Source of the DNA: an uncultured delta proteobacterium
GTDB taxonomy: Bacteria; Myxococcota_A; Polyangia; Polyangiales; Polyangiaceae
Direction of reading: 5' to 3'
NCBI GenBank assembly: GCA_963841435.1
Contig: CAWJCS010000002.1
Location: forward strand, 864,001 to 928,000
DNA length: 64,000 nt
Shown: piece after piece, positions 51,435 to 61,741 of the stretch
Position numbering within the stretch: the first letter of the stretch is position 1
How the letters are laid out: each line of letters begins with the position of its first letter
The notes under the pieces: model-generated
Told to the model about the DNA's origin: nothing
Seen by the model: the letters and a program-made list of their open reading frames with translations, nothing else
Databases searched by the model: none
Translations under genes and position numbers: made by a program

Positions 51435-52520
51435 TCACGCCGCGACGCCGAGGGAGCGCGCCGCCGCTCGCGCCCGCTCGCTCTGCGGGTGATAGCGGTC
51501 GAGCTTCGGCGGCGCGTCGCGCGGTGGCAGGGGAAGCCCGAGGCTGATGGCGTCGAGGTCGACGAGGAGCTCGGCCATGTCCTGGTAGCGCAGGGCCGGA
51601 TCCTTTTTCGTCGCGCGCACCACGACGGCGTCGAGGCGCGGATCGAGCCGGTTGACGAGCCAGGAGGGCGGCGGGACGGGCGAGTTGAGCTGGTGGCGCA
51701 ACAGCGTCGTCCCGAGATCGAGATCGAACGGGAGCTGCCCCGTGAGCAGCCGGAACAAGACGACACCGAGCGCGTACACGTCCGTGCGCGAATCGACGGG
51801 GTCGCCCACGATCTGCTCGGGGGCCATGTATTTTGCCGTTCCCCGCAAGAGAAGCGGACCGTCGGTCGTCTCGGCGGGCTCGGCGTGAGCGACCCACGCG
51901 AGGTCGAAATCGAGGATCTTGAGGGTTCGGACGCGATGCGCCTCGACGGCGAACAGATTCTCGGGTTTAACGTCGGCGTGCACGATGCCCGAGCCGTGAG
52001 CGGCATGGAGCCCGCGTGCCGCGCCGCGCGCCAGCGTCACGACGAGGTCTCCCGGTAGGCGCTCGCGTAGCGCGAGCATGGCGTTGAGCGGCTCGCCGCG
52101 CAAAAGCTCCATCACGGCGAACGGTCTTTCGCCCTCCGGCTCGTGCACGGCGAACACGCGCACGACGTTCTGGTGCGCGACGGTCATGGCGGCGCGCGCG
52201 CCGACCAGGAAGCAGCGCCTCAGCACTGGGTCCCCCGCGGCCTGCTCGCTCAGGAGCTTCACGGCGCGTTGCTCGCCCGTTGCGAGATCGAAGGCGCGGT
52301 AGATGGTGGCGGTGCCGCCACGGTCGATGGGGCGCTCCAGCGCGTAGCGGCCCACGAGGGCCCGCTGCCCGGGTTTCGGCCCGCGGGTCGTTACCCGCTG
52401 GGCCACGGGCTGCGTGGCGACGGCCGCGCGCGGGGTCGGAGGCGTCGTTTCGTAGATTCGGCGCAGGGCCGCGCGCTTGAGGGCCGCGGGTGGCAGGGGG
52501 TGCGTTGACAGGCGAGCCAT
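51435..52520 (-). CDS. Atypical cytoplasmic Ser/Thr kinase
   Basis: AVK, HADVKPEN, DFD (for DFG), YMAPE, DVYALG. Confidence 0.88.
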   Translation of the reverse strand: MARLSTHPLPPAALKRAALRRIYETTPPTPRAAVATQPVAQRVTTRGPKPGQRALVGRYALERPIDRGGTATIYRAFDLATGEQRAVKLLSEQAAGDPVLRRCFLVGARAAMTVAHQNVVRVFAVHEPEGERPFAVMELLRGEPLNAMLALRERLPGDLVVTLARGAARGLHAAHGSGIVHADVKPENLFAVEAHRVRTLKILDFDLAWVAHAEPAETTDGPLLLRGTAKYMAPEQIVGDPVDSRTDVYALGVVLFRLLTGQLPFDLDLGTTLLRHQLNSPVPPPSWLVNRLDPRLDAVVVRATKKDPALRYQDMAELLVDLDAISLGLPLPPRDAPPKLDRYHPQSERARAAARSLGVAA

Positions 52521-52622
52521 CCACCCGCCACATGCCGGATCGGCGCCGATTAACCCGAAATTTTGTCGCGCCGATGGGCTCGCCGGGCCGGGTCGCGTCA
52601 AGAGGGATGCCGGGCGCGCCCA

Positions 52623-53084
52623 TCACCCAAAAGTCGCCACGGACAGCAGATTCTCGACGGTGACCACGGCATCGTCCCCCTCGAGCGCGACCGGCAGCGA
52701 CTCGAGAAACAGGCCCGCGCAGGGCCCCGCCGTGCACTCGCCCGTCGTCGGCAGAAAGAGCGCGCCGTGGTTGCGGCAGAAGATGCGGTCGATATCTGCC
52801 GCATAAAAGTCGCCGAAACCGAGGTCGAGGTTGACGAACCAGTGCGGGCAGACGTTCACGTAGGCAAAGAAGCCGAGCGAATGCCGCAGGATGAAGCCCT
52901 CGAGCTTTTGCCCGCTGCGTTCGAAGGGGAATGCGCGCGAGTCGCCGACGGCCAGGGCGGCCACGCCGGGGAGCCGGATGGTTCGCGGCGGGGCCCCCGG
53001 CGGCACCTCGCCCGAGGTCACGCTACGGACCGTTGCCGGGGCGCGGCGCCGGGGCGGCCTTGCCGTCGTCGGTGGCTTCGTCAA
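52623..53084 (-). CDS. Rieske [2Fe-2S] ferredoxin
   Basis: NVCPH...CRNHGALF...GECTAGPC. The start is uncertain (overlaps the upstream gene). Confidence 0.9.
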   Translation of the reverse strand: MTKPPTTARPPRRRAPATVRSVTSGEVPPGAPPRTIRLPGVAALAVGDSRAFPFERSGQKLEGFILRHSLGFFAYVNVCPHWFVNLDLGFGDFYAADIDRIFCRNHGALFLPTTGECTAGPCAGLFLESLPVALEGDDAVVTVENLLSVATFG

Positions 53085-54777
53085 CGTCGCCGCTCTCGCC
53101 GGGGCCCGCCTTGAGCTCGCTCATGAGGTCCCGGCACTCCGGACGACCCTTGAGATGGCTCATGAGCAGCGCGAAGGCCTCACCGAAGGCCTTCTCGTAC
53201 TTCAGGCCCTCGCGCGTGCGGAGCGCGACTTTTTCGCGACCCGAGCTCAGGTCTTCCTCGAGCGCCTCGGCGTAGCGAGCGAGCTGCCCGCGCAGCTCTT
53301 CGATCTGACGCCGGAGGTCGCCCGCGGTGCTCTCGCGGTTCGTCCGCTTCGCTTCGCGCGTTCGGAGCCACTGCTTCTGGGCCTCGACCATGGCGGCCGC
53401 CGCACCGGCGGCCTCGAACACCTGGCGCGTCCCCTGGCCGGAGCGCTCCGCCTGGTCGGCGATGCTGCCGCGCTCCTTGGAGGTCTGCTCGGCGCGACCG
53501 AGCTCCTGGCTCGCTACGGTTTCCTCCTCGGCGTAGGCAGCGGCCTCGCGCAGCACGCGCGACTCCTCGTGAGCGAGCTCCTCCACCTTGCGGCCGATCT
53601 CCGCGCGGAGGGCACGGCCGCGGCGCTCGAGGGCCTCGAGCTTGCGGGTGTGGCTCGCGATCTCGCCTTCGAGGGCGCTCGCCTTGGCCGCGACGTCCCA
53701 CACGGTGGAAAGCGCCTCCGTGACCTCGGCCGGAGCGTTGCCGGCAGGATAGGCGCGCGTCAGCATGCGCGAAAAGAGCCCGGCGCGGGCGGCCCACTCG
53801 GCGACGCCCGGTGAGCGCGGAGGCGGAGGGGGCGGCGGGGCGGCGGGGGGCGCCTCGGTGCTCTCCTTGTCCCACGATGTGCTCGGCAGCGAACGCTGCA
53901 GGGCCTTGAGCTCCTCGAGCAGGTGATGACCGTCGCGGTAGCGCTTGCGGGAATCCTTCTCGAGGAGCCGGAGCACGATGCGCTCGGCGACGGGGTGGCA
54001 GTTCTTCTGCACCGTGCTCGGTCGGGGTGCCGGAGCGGTGCGCTGCATCTCGAGCAGCGTCTCGCGGTCGGCGGCCTTGAACGGCAGCTGGCCCGTGAGC
54101 ATCTCGAAGAACAGCACGCCGAGCGCGTAGAGGTCCGATTGTGGCCCCGCCTGCTCGCCGCGAGCCTGCTCGGGCGACATGTATTCGGGCGTGCCGAAGA
54201 CGGCGCCCTTCGGCGCGAGGCGCGGATCGTGCGCCAGCGCCGCGAGACCGAAGTCGAGGATCTTGACGAAGTCCTTACGGCCGCCGCGCGCCGTCAGCAG
54301 GATGTTGTCGCTCTTGAGGTCGCGGTGCACGACGCCGAGGTCGTGAGCGCGCGAAAGCGCGGCGCCCATTTGCTCGAGCACATCGACGCCGCGTGCGAGC
54401 TGCAGCGGCCCCTTCGCGAGCTCGTTCGAGAGCGGCGTGCCGACGAGGTACTCCATCACGAGATAGAGCTCGCCGTCGTCGGTCTCGCCGATGTCGTGGA
54501 TGTCGATGATGTGGGCGTGGTCGACACGGTTGGCCGCGCGCGCTTCGCGCAACATCCACGCGCGCAAGTGAGTCTCGCCGCGCAGATCGGGCCGGATGAG
54601 CTTGACCGCCACGACTCGATCGATGAGCACGTGCCGCGCCCGGTAGACGATGCCCATGCCGCCTTCGCCGATGCGCGACTCGAGCCGGTAGCGCCCTGCG
54701 ATGACGCGACCCAGGGAAGGATCTTCCCCTTTTCGTGTTCGAGGTAGCCCCGGCCTCTGGGGTGCTGCCTGTGCCAT
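53023..54777 (-). CDS. Ser/Thr kinase with C-terminal coiled coil
   Basis: GEGGMG, HRDLKSDN, DFG, GTPEYMSPE, poly-Pro linker and a long E/R/A heptad region. Confidence 0.93.
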   Translation of the reverse strand: MAQAAPQRPGLPRTRKGEDPSLGRVIAGRYRLESRIGEGGMGIVYRARHVLIDRVVAVKLIRPDLRGETHLRAWMLREARAANRVDHAHIIDIHDIGETDDGELYLVMEYLVGTPLSNELAKGPLQLARGVDVLEQMGAALSRAHDLGVVHRDLKSDNILLTARGGRKDFVKILDFGLAALAHDPRLAPKGAVFGTPEYMSPEQARGEQAGPQSDLYALGVLFFEMLTGQLPFKAADRETLLEMQRTAPAPRPSTVQKNCHPVAERIVLRLLEKDSRKRYRDGHHLLEELKALQRSLPSTSWDKESTEAPPAAPPPPPPPRSPGVAEWAARAGLFSRMLTRAYPAGNAPAEVTEALSTVWDVAAKASALEGEIASHTRKLEALERRGRALRAEIGRKVEELAHEESRVLREAAAYAEEETVASQELGRAEQTSKERGSIADQAERSGQGTRQVFEAAGAAAAMVEAQKQWLRTREAKRTNRESTAGDLRRQIEELRGQLARYAEALEEDLSSGREKVALRTREGLKYEKAFGEAFALLMSHLKGRPECRDLMSELKAGPGESGDVDEATDDGKAAPAPRPGNGP

Positions 54778-54924
54778 GATTGATTTCGGCCTTCGAGCGC
54801 TCGCGCACGAGCACCCGAGTCTCCAATGCTAGCGGGTAGGGTCCGCTAAAGCCAAGGGATAAGCGCTACCGGGAGCCCGACCCCGCCCAGCCGGGCTCGC
54901 GCCCCGTTCGAACTTCTCGAATTC

Positions 54925-55623
54925 TCAGAAAACGACGCTCAGGAACGGGACGCGGACTTCCGTCGTCTGCTCCAGTCCGTACATCGCGATCTCGCGCACG
55001 GTGTAGGTGCCTTGCACCTCGACGGCGGGAATGCTGAGCGCGAGGCGGCCCGGCGAGAAATCGAGCAGTGCCGGCGGAGTGAGCCTGAGCGGCTGCAGCC
55101 GCTCTCGGTGCGCAAGGTGCTTCCTCGGAGGCACGGCGGAGGTGGGCGGTGCCGAGGTAGGTGCGGGTGAGGAAGCAGGCGCAGGCGTTGCGGGAGCGGC
55201 CGGGGTCGGCTGCGGAGGATCGGCGACGGGCTCGTCCGCGGGCGGCGTGTCGACGAGGTAGTCGGCGGGCGGCTGGTAGGCGGTGGCGCTCAAGACGGCC
55301 ACTGTTGTGGGGATCGCCAGCGTGAGCCCGCCGGCGAGCAGCAGCATCGAGACGCGTGCGCTCGCGTTCTGCTCCACGAAGTATCCGCCGACGCCACCTG
55401 CTGCGGCGCCGAGCACGCCACCGCCGAGGTACGCCCACGGCGACTGAACGTCGGCGGCCGCCTCGACCAAGAGCACGACCTCGCCGCCTAGGAGCGCACC
55501 GCCGACGGTCCCTTTCGCGACCGGCGAGGCAGAGTCACGGCCGACGGCCTTGGCGCTCGCGGGCGAGAGCGTCACGAGGCATGCGAGAGGGAACGCGGCG
55601 AGCAGGGTGGGGACAAGGCGCAT
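54925..55623 (-). CDS. Secreted/membrane hypothetical protein with Gly-zipper helices
   Basis: Signal peptide, GGxxG TM motifs, Pro-rich linker and C-terminal VPFLSVVF. Confidence 0.65.
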   Translation of the reverse strand: MRLVPTLLAAFPLACLVTLSPASAKAVGRDSASPVAKGTVGGALLGGEVVLLVEAAADVQSPWAYLGGGVLGAAAGGVGGYFVEQNASARVSMLLLAGGLTLAIPTTVAVLSATAYQPPADYLVDTPPADEPVADPPQPTPAAPATPAPASSPAPTSAPPTSAVPPRKHLAHRERLQPLRLTPPALLDFSPGRLALSIPAVEVQGTYTVREIAMYGLEQTTEVRVPFLSVVF

Positions 55624-55825
55624 TGGATGGCTCCGGGAAGCTCCGGGAGGATAACACCCTCGTCTCCTACCGAAAGGCGATTCAGGGCCCAAGGCGATCA
55701 CGCCCGGCGGAGGCACCCGGCCAAAAGGCCGGAAGGCGTGGGCCGGATTGTCCGGGCGGGAGCCCGGTGGTAGACGCCGGGTCGCGTCCCTTCGGCCCAC
55801 ACGGTCCTTTTTACCGGAGAATATC

Positions 55826-57028
55826 GTGCCCCATACGCTTGCCACGCGTCTCGACGCGGTTCAGCCGAGCGCCACCCTCGCCATGACGGCTCGCGCGAAC
55901 GAGCTGCGCGCGGCCGGCCGGAAGATCTACGGATTCGGCGTCGGCGAGCCGGACTTTGCGACCCCCGAGTACATTCGCGAAGCGGCCCAGAAGGCGCTCG
56001 CGACGTCGTCGCACTACACGGCCGTGTCGGGCACGCCCGCGCTCAAGAAGGCGATCTGCGAGGCCACGGCGCGTGATCGCGGCTGGTCGCCCACGCCCGA
56101 TCGCATCACGGTGAGCGTCGGCGCCAAGCACGCCCTCTTCAACCTCGCCATGGCGCTCGTCGATCCGGGCGACGAGGTCGTGATCCCCACGCCCTACTGG
56201 GTGAGCTACCCCGAGCAGGTGCGCCTGTTCGGCGGCAAGCCGGTGTTCGTGACGACGCGCGCGGAAAATGGCTTTCGCATGTCGCCCGACGAGCTCGCGG
56301 CGGCGCTCGGCCCGCGCACCAAGGCGGTGATCCTCTGCACGCCGTCGAACCCGTCCGGTGCCGGCTACGACGCCGCCGAGCTCAAAGCGCTCGCGCGTCT
56401 GTTGCTCGAGAAGACGGACGCCTACGTGATCGTCGACGAAATCTACGGCGAGCTCGTCTACGACGGCTTCGAGCACTCGTCGCTCGGCAAGTTGGCTCCC
56501 GAGCTCGGCGACCGGCTCATCGTCGTCAACGGCGTCAGCAAGACGTACGCGATGACCGGCTGGCGCATCGGTTGGTCGATCACCCCGCCCGCGCTCGCCA
56601 AGGCGCTCGACAAGGTGCAGGGCCAGTCGACCACGAACCCCACCGCCGTGGCGCAAGCGGCCGCCGCGGCGGCGCTGCTCGGCCCGCGCGACGAGGTCAG
56701 GAAGATGGTCGGCGTGTTCGCGGCGCGCCGCAAGCGCATGGTCGACGGCCTGCGCGCCGTCCCGGGCGTTCGTTGCGACATGCCGCGCGGGGCGTTTTAC
56801 GCCTTCCCCGACGTGACGGGCCTCTACGGCATCCGTCATCAGGGCAAGGCGCTCGCGAGCGCGAACGACGTGACGCTCTGGCAGCTCGACGTTTGCGGCA
56901 TCGCCGCGGTCGCCGGGGAGCCGTTCGGCGCGCCGGGGCACGTCCGCTACACCTACGCGTCAGCCGAGTCGGTCATCGACGAGGCGCTGGCAGCGCTGAA
57001 GGACGCCGTCGAGCGCGCCGAGCGCTGA
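55826..57028 (+). CDS. PLP-dependent aminotransferase class I/II (aspartate aminotransferase-like)
   Basis: GEPDF, PYWVSY, PSNPSG, DEIY, SKTYAMTGWRIG. Confidence 0.95.
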   Translation: MPHTLATRLDAVQPSATLAMTARANELRAAGRKIYGFGVGEPDFATPEYIREAAQKALATSSHYTAVSGTPALKKAICEATARDRGWSPTPDRITVSVGAKHALFNLAMALVDPGDEVVIPTPYWVSYPEQVRLFGGKPVFVTTRAENGFRMSPDELAAALGPRTKAVILCTPSNPSGAGYDAAELKALARLLLEKTDAYVIVDEIYGELVYDGFEHSSLGKLAPELGDRLIVVNGVSKTYAMTGWRIGWSITPPALAKALDKVQGQSTTNPTAVAQAAAAAALLGPRDEVRKMVGVFAARRKRMVDGLRAVPGVRCDMPRGAFYAFPDVTGLYGIRHQGKALASANDVTLWQLDVCGIAAVAGEPFGAPGHVRYTYASAESVIDEALAALKDAVERAER

Positions 57029-57035
57029 GCACCGC

Positions 57036-57935
57036 ATGAGCGATTCCCCCAGCTCCGTCGCCGTGGCCGGCTCCGCCCAGCAGGGCGGGATGACAGGCGC
57101 GCTCGTCGAGCTCACGAAGCCCAGCGTGCTCGGCCTCGTGATGGTGACGGCGTTCGCGGGAGCGCTCGTAGCCGAGGGCGCGCTGCCGTTCGGGCGCGTG
57201 CTCGTTGCGTTGCTCGGCACCTCACTCGTCGTCGGCGCGGCCAACGCGCTCAACATGTACGCCGAGCGCGACGCCGACGTGCACATGAGCCGCACGCGAC
57301 GGCGGCCGCTGCCGTCGGGGCGGCTCGCGCCGGAAGTGGCGCTCGGGTTCGGGCTGCTGTCCGCGAGCCTCGGGCTCAACGTGCTCGGGCTCGCGGCGGG
57401 CGGGCTCGCCTGCGGCCTCACGCTGCTTGCCTTCGTGAGCTACGTGTTCGTGTACACGCCGCTCAAGCGCGTGTCGCCCATCGCGCTCTGGGTGGGTGCG
57501 CTCCCGGGCGCGCTGCCGCCGCTCATCGGCTATGCCGCCGCCCGCGGCACGCTGGGCGCGCCCGCACTCTGGCTGTTCGCCATACTCTTCTTCTGGCAGA
57601 TCCCGCATTTCATCGCGATCGCGCTGTTTCGCGAGCAGGAATATCGGCGCGCGGGCATGCAGGTGCTCCCCGTGGCACGTGGGGCGGACGCCGCCGTGCG
57701 CGCCATGCGCGTCTGGACGCTCGTGCTCGCTGTCCTCGCGCTCTTGCCCCTGCCGCTCGGCGCCGTCAGGCTCGGTTACGCGCTCGTCGCCGTGCCGTCG
57801 AGCATCGCGTTCGTCGCGCTCGTCTTCTGCGGCCCGCGCGGCGTGACGCGCGACCGCTGGGCCCGCCGCGTGTTCTTCGCGTCGATGCCGTACCTCGTCG
57901 TGCTTTTCGCGGCGTTCGTCGCTTCGTCGATCTAG
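57036..57935 (+). CDS. cyoE: Protoheme IX farnesyltransferase (heme o synthase)
   Basis: LTKP, NMYAERDADxxMSRTRRRPLP, YTPLKR, GALPPLIG, WQIPHF. Confidence 0.96.
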   Translation: MSDSPSSVAVAGSAQQGGMTGALVELTKPSVLGLVMVTAFAGALVAEGALPFGRVLVALLGTSLVVGAANALNMYAERDADVHMSRTRRRPLPSGRLAPEVALGFGLLSASLGLNVLGLAAGGLACGLTLLAFVSYVFVYTPLKRVSPIALWVGALPGALPPLIGYAAARGTLGAPALWLFAILFFWQIPHFIAIALFREQEYRRAGMQVLPVARGADAAVRAMRVWTLVLAVLALLPLPLGAVRLGYALVAVPSSIAFVALVFCGPRGVTRDRWARRVFFASMPYLVVLFAAFVASSI

Positions 57936-57991
57936 AAACGGCCGCTCTGGCAGGCGACGGGCTCGAGCGACAGCCGCTCGGGGCGCGCGGC

Positions 57992-58990
57992 TCAGCGGTT
58001 GCTTTTTGGCATGGCGTACGCGGGAACGGCAATGCCCGCGACGACTAGCAAGAGGGCCGGGATCGGCACGTCGGGCGACCCGCGCGCCGTGAGGCAAAGG
58101 GCCATGAGCGGTGCGAAGGGCGAACGGCGCGCCGCGAAGACGCCCCCGGCGGCGGCGACCAGGCTCCCCACCTCGAGCACGAGCCGCGCCGCGGGCGGCA
58201 CGAAGGGTGGCGGGCCGTGCAAGAGCGCGCTGGCGGCGCGGGCGATCACGACCTCGGCCGTTGACGCGCCGAGGCGCAGCGAGGTGCGGAGCGTGACGAC
58301 GAGCGCGAGGCTCAGCACCATGCTCGCGACCGCGAGGATGATGCTGCGATGCTTGCTGCCGCCCGCGACGAACGCAGCGGCGATGGCGATCAGCACGAGC
58401 TCCAGCACGAAGCCGAGCGTCATTAGCCCACCTGCCACGCGATAGCTCGTGGCCGAGCCGTCCGCGACGGCGGCGGAGGCCAGGCTCAGGCCCGCGAAGT
58501 CTATAGCGCCGGACACCGCGGTGAGCGCGAGCACGAGCCCGAGGGCACGGCTCGCCGGAAAATAGAGGGCGATCGGCGCGCCGCCCGCGGCGCTGACGAG
58601 CGAGGTCACGGCGAGCGCGCTGCCGAGCTGCGGTTCCAGCACGCGACCGGTCGCAATCATCGTGAGGGCGCTCGTCGCGACGACCGCCGGGATGACCACC
58701 ATGCGGTAGCCGATACCGAGGCCACCGCGCGAGAGCGCCACGCCCACGGCGCGCAGGGCGAAAGCTACGCCGCCCGCTGCGACCGCCTGGCTCGATACGT
58801 TGCCGAGCGCCTGCGCCGCCATGATCCAGCGGCCGAGGCCGGTGCCCGAGCCGAACAGGGCTGGCGACAGCAGGCGTCCGAACGTCGTGGCGACGAGCGC
58901 GAGGCCTGCGAACAGCGCGAGGGGCACACCTTCGGGTAGACCTGGCGCGACCGTCGGCGCGCGGGCCGCTGAGCCTTCAGTTCGAGACAT
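57992..58990 (-). CDS. Multi-pass membrane hypothetical protein
   Basis: About 9 hydrophobic segments. Overlaps the TonB-domain gene. Confidence 0.65.
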   Translation of the reverse strand: MSRTEGSAARAPTVAPGLPEGVPLALFAGLALVATTFGRLLSPALFGSGTGLGRWIMAAQALGNVSSQAVAAGGVAFALRAVGVALSRGGLGIGYRMVVIPAVVATSALTMIATGRVLEPQLGSALAVTSLVSAAGGAPIALYFPASRALGLVLALTAVSGAIDFAGLSLASAAVADGSATSYRVAGGLMTLGFVLELVLIAIAAAFVAGGSKHRSIILAVASMVLSLALVVTLRTSLRLGASTAEVVIARAASALLHGPPPFVPPAARLVLEVGSLVAAAGGVFAARRSPFAPLMALCLTARGSPDVPIPALLLVVAGIAVPAYAMPKSNR

Positions 58991-60746
58991 CGGCGAGCGT
59001 CAAGCGACCGGGTCGAGCGGGCGGCGGGCTGACGCTGCCGTGGCGCGACGGTGCTTCCGACTCCGGGGGCGTCGCCGGTAGCGGCAAGCTCGGCGGGATG
59101 GCGCGCGGCGCGCCCTTCAAGATGAACGGGCGGGCGAAGTAGGTGGAGCAGGCTTCGTCCCGGTTGCGGTGGAACTCCCAGTGAAAGTAGACGTTGCCGT
59201 CGGGGGACACGATCTCGCGCGGCGGTGGGCCGAACGGCTGCGCGCGCTGCACGGACTCGAGCGCGGCGACGTCGAAGGCGGTGACGCCGCTGGTCTTGGT
59301 CACGCCCATGCGCTGGATGCGGCCTTCTTCCTTGTCGAGAACGATCTCGAGGTTGGTCGTGATCTCCTGGCGGTTCAGCGGGTGGCTGTCCGGCAGGCTG
59401 TCGAGCGAGTCCAAAAACCCTTCGGCGAAGATCGGGTGGATGCGGTTGTGGATGCGGTTCAGGTAATTCGCGAAGGGTACTCTGGCCGTGTTGAGAGCGG
59501 TCTGGTTGCCGGGCTTCACGCTGGCGACGTAGTTTTCGATTGCGGAGCGCCAGCGCTCGATGCCCACCGGCCGCCAGTGCCCGGCGTGCTGACTGCGCCG
59601 CCGCTCGCCGTCGGCACGCCGCTCGCGCGCGAGCTGATCGGTGCCGATCGCGCTCACGGCGACCTGTGGCGAAAGGTTCAGGTTCACACCGCCCGGTGTG
59701 AGGCCGCTCGCTCCGAGCCCCAAAAGGTCGGTCCTCCCCGAGCTTCTCAGCGGAGGCAGCGAGCGCTTCTTGCGCCCGACCTGCCCGCGCTGGTCGATCG
59801 AGGCGGTCTGCTCGCGCGGCATTTCGAACGTGCCATGGCCCGACTCGAGGACCTCCGGCACCTCGTCCGCCGCGTGCAGCTCGGCCTTAGCCTCGGCGCC
59901 ATCCTGCGCCGGCCGGGGCTGCTTCGCATCCGCCGTTGCGCCGTGCTGCTCGCCGGCGCGCCGGAGCTCCGTGCCGCTCGCCGACGGCGGCCGCGCGGGT
60001 GCCGGTACCATCGCGAAGCGCAGCTCGCTCGGTTTCTTGTTCGGCTCCTCGGCGGGCGCACGCTCTTTCTCGCCACGGCGGTCCTCGCTGTCGGCGATAC
60101 GCGTCGTGTCGGAGTCGCCAGGATCGTTGGGGTCGCTACCGGGTTGTGCGGCGCCACCGGGCGTCGGGTGGGCGTCGTCCTGATCGTGGGAGGTGATGTG
60201 CGCCTGCGTCTGCTCCCTGACGCGGTTCGCCTCGTTGCCGATGAACTCCGCGTCCGGATTGTCTTCCTGGTCGGGCTTCACGTGTTGTTTTACGGCGACG
60301 CGTCGATCCGCCTTGACCGGCAGCTCGGGAACCGCGACCGCCTCCTCCGGCTTCTTCTGCTCCTCGGGCTTTTGCTTCTTCTGCTCCTCGGGCACCTTCG
60401 GGGGCTCGCGCTCGGGCTCCTTGTCGGGCATGGCGCTCGCCTCGGGTACGGGAGCTTCGTCGCGTTCTGCGCTCTTCTCGTCGGGGGGCTCCGTCGGGTC
60501 CGGCTTGTCTTCCTCGGGTGCGGCCGGATCTTTCCGTGCGGGCGGCTCGCTCTCTTCGAGAAGCGAGACCTCGATGGGCCGGGTCTCGCCGCGCACGAAG
60601 CGCCGCACCGACGCGGCGAACTCGCGGATCTCCACCTTCTCCTCGATGACCTCGGCGACCTTGTCCGCACCGCCGCCCCAGAGGAGGTGCGCGACCACGG
60701 CGGTCGCGATCCAGAGGAAAAGGGGGATCTGGGCGTCGCGGGTCAT
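58977..60746 (-). CDS. TonB C-terminal domain protein
   Basis: N-terminal TM with His (AVVAH), Pro/Glu/Lys-rich spacer, [24 protein letters not shown]...PFGPPP. Confidence 0.85.
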   Translation of the reverse strand: MTRDAQIPLFLWIATAVVAHLLWGGGADKVAEVIEEKVEIREFAASVRRFVRGETRPIEVSLLEESEPPARKDPAAPEEDKPDPTEPPDEKSAERDEAPVPEASAMPDKEPEREPPKVPEEQKKQKPEEQKKPEEAVAVPELPVKADRRVAVKQHVKPDQEDNPDAEFIGNEANRVREQTQAHITSHDQDDAHPTPGGAAQPGSDPNDPGDSDTTRIADSEDRRGEKERAPAEEPNKKPSELRFAMVPAPARPPSASGTELRRAGEQHGATADAKQPRPAQDGAEAKAELHAADEVPEVLESGHGTFEMPREQTASIDQRGQVGRKKRSLPPLRSSGRTDLLGLGASGLTPGGVNLNLSPQVAVSAIGTDQLARERRADGERRRSQHAGHWRPVGIERWRSAIENYVASVKPGNQTALNTARVPFANYLNRIHNRIHPIFAEGFLDSLDSLPDSHPLNRQEITTNLEIVLDKEEGRIQRMGVTKTSGVTAFDVAALESVQRAQPFGPPPREIVSPDGNVYFHWEFHRNRDEACSTYFARPFILKGAPRAIPPSLPLPATPPESEAPSRHGSVSPPPARPGRLTLADVSN

Positions 60747-60817
60747 CGGAACGCTTTCGCCTCGCTCAACCTATCATTCGGCCCAGGGGCCAGCAATCAC
60801 GGGCCCCTCGGCCGGGG

Positions 60818-61663
60818 TCAGAGCTTCGCGATGGCCTCGAAGTGCTCGGCGATTTCGGCAGCGGTCCAAATTCCCCCGTCGCCATCCTTGTACTTGCCGC
60901 TGCTCTCCACGACCTTGAACACGCTCATGCGCGCGCCCGCGACGGCGAGCACCAGGCCCGTCCTGTCACCCGAAAGCTCGCTCGCAAGGAACAGATGGGC
61001 GGGCGCGACGTGCTCCGGCGACAGCGTGTCCTCGATCTTTTCGAACATGGGAAGATCCTCGGTCATGCGCGTCTTCGCGACGGGAGCGACGGCGTTCACC
61101 ATGATGCCGTAGCGCTGCAGCTCGATGGAAGCGGTGCGCGTGAGGCCGTAGATGCCCGCCTTGGCCGCCGCGTAATTCGACTGCCCGAAGTTGCCGAGCA
61201 GCCCCGAGATGCTCGTGGTGTTGACGATGCGTCCCGAGCCTTGCTCCTTCATGCGGAGCGCCGCCGCCTGCGTGCACAGGAAGGTACCCGTGAGGTGCAC
61301 GCCGAGCACGGCGTTCCATTGCTCGAGGTCCATCTTGAGCAGCGTCTTGTCACGCAGGATCCCGGCGTTGTTGACGAGCACGTCGATGCGCCCGAACTCT
61401 CGGACGGCCGTCTCCACCACCCGCTTCGCCCCCTCGGGGCTCGCCACGCTGTCGTAGCTCGGTACCGCCGTGCCGCCCGCCGCACGGATCGCCGAGACGA
61501 CCTCGTCGGCGGCTGCCGACTCGGAGCCATCCCCGGCACGGCTGCCGCCGAGGTCGTTGACGACGACCTTCCCGCCTTCGCTACCGAAGAGCAGCGCGGT
61601 CGCGCGGCCGATGCCGTTGCCGGCCCCCGTGATGACGACGGATTTTCCAGCGAGGAGTCCCAT
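60818..61663 (-). CDS. Short-chain dehydrogenase/reductase
   Basis: [21 protein letters not shown]. Confidence 0.95.
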   Translation of the reverse strand: MGLLAGKSVVITGAGNGIGRATALLFGSEGGKVVVNDLGGSRAGDGSESAAADEVVSAIRAAGGTAVPSYDSVASPEGAKRVVETAVREFGRIDVLVNNAGILRDKTLLKMDLEQWNAVLGVHLTGTFLCTQAAALRMKEQGSGRIVNTTSISGLLGNFGQSNYAAAKAGIYGLTRTASIELQRYGIMVNAVAPVAKTRMTEDLPMFEKIEDTLSPEHVAPAHLFLASELSGDRTGLVLAVAGARMSVFKVVESSGKYKDGDGGIWTAAEIAEHFEAIAKL

Positions 61664-61741
61664 GCGACTAGCCTACGCCGGCCGCAGGCGCTTGGGAAAC
61701 GCCTCGTTCGGCTGCGACCTGCCTGCTACGCTCGCGGCGCC

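Noticed and set aside
55661-55776. Several hairpins upstream of the aminotransferase as a riboswitch or ncRNA
   Set aside because: No recognisable family motif. Such stems are frequent at this GC content and the region must hold divergent promoters. An Rfam search would settle it.
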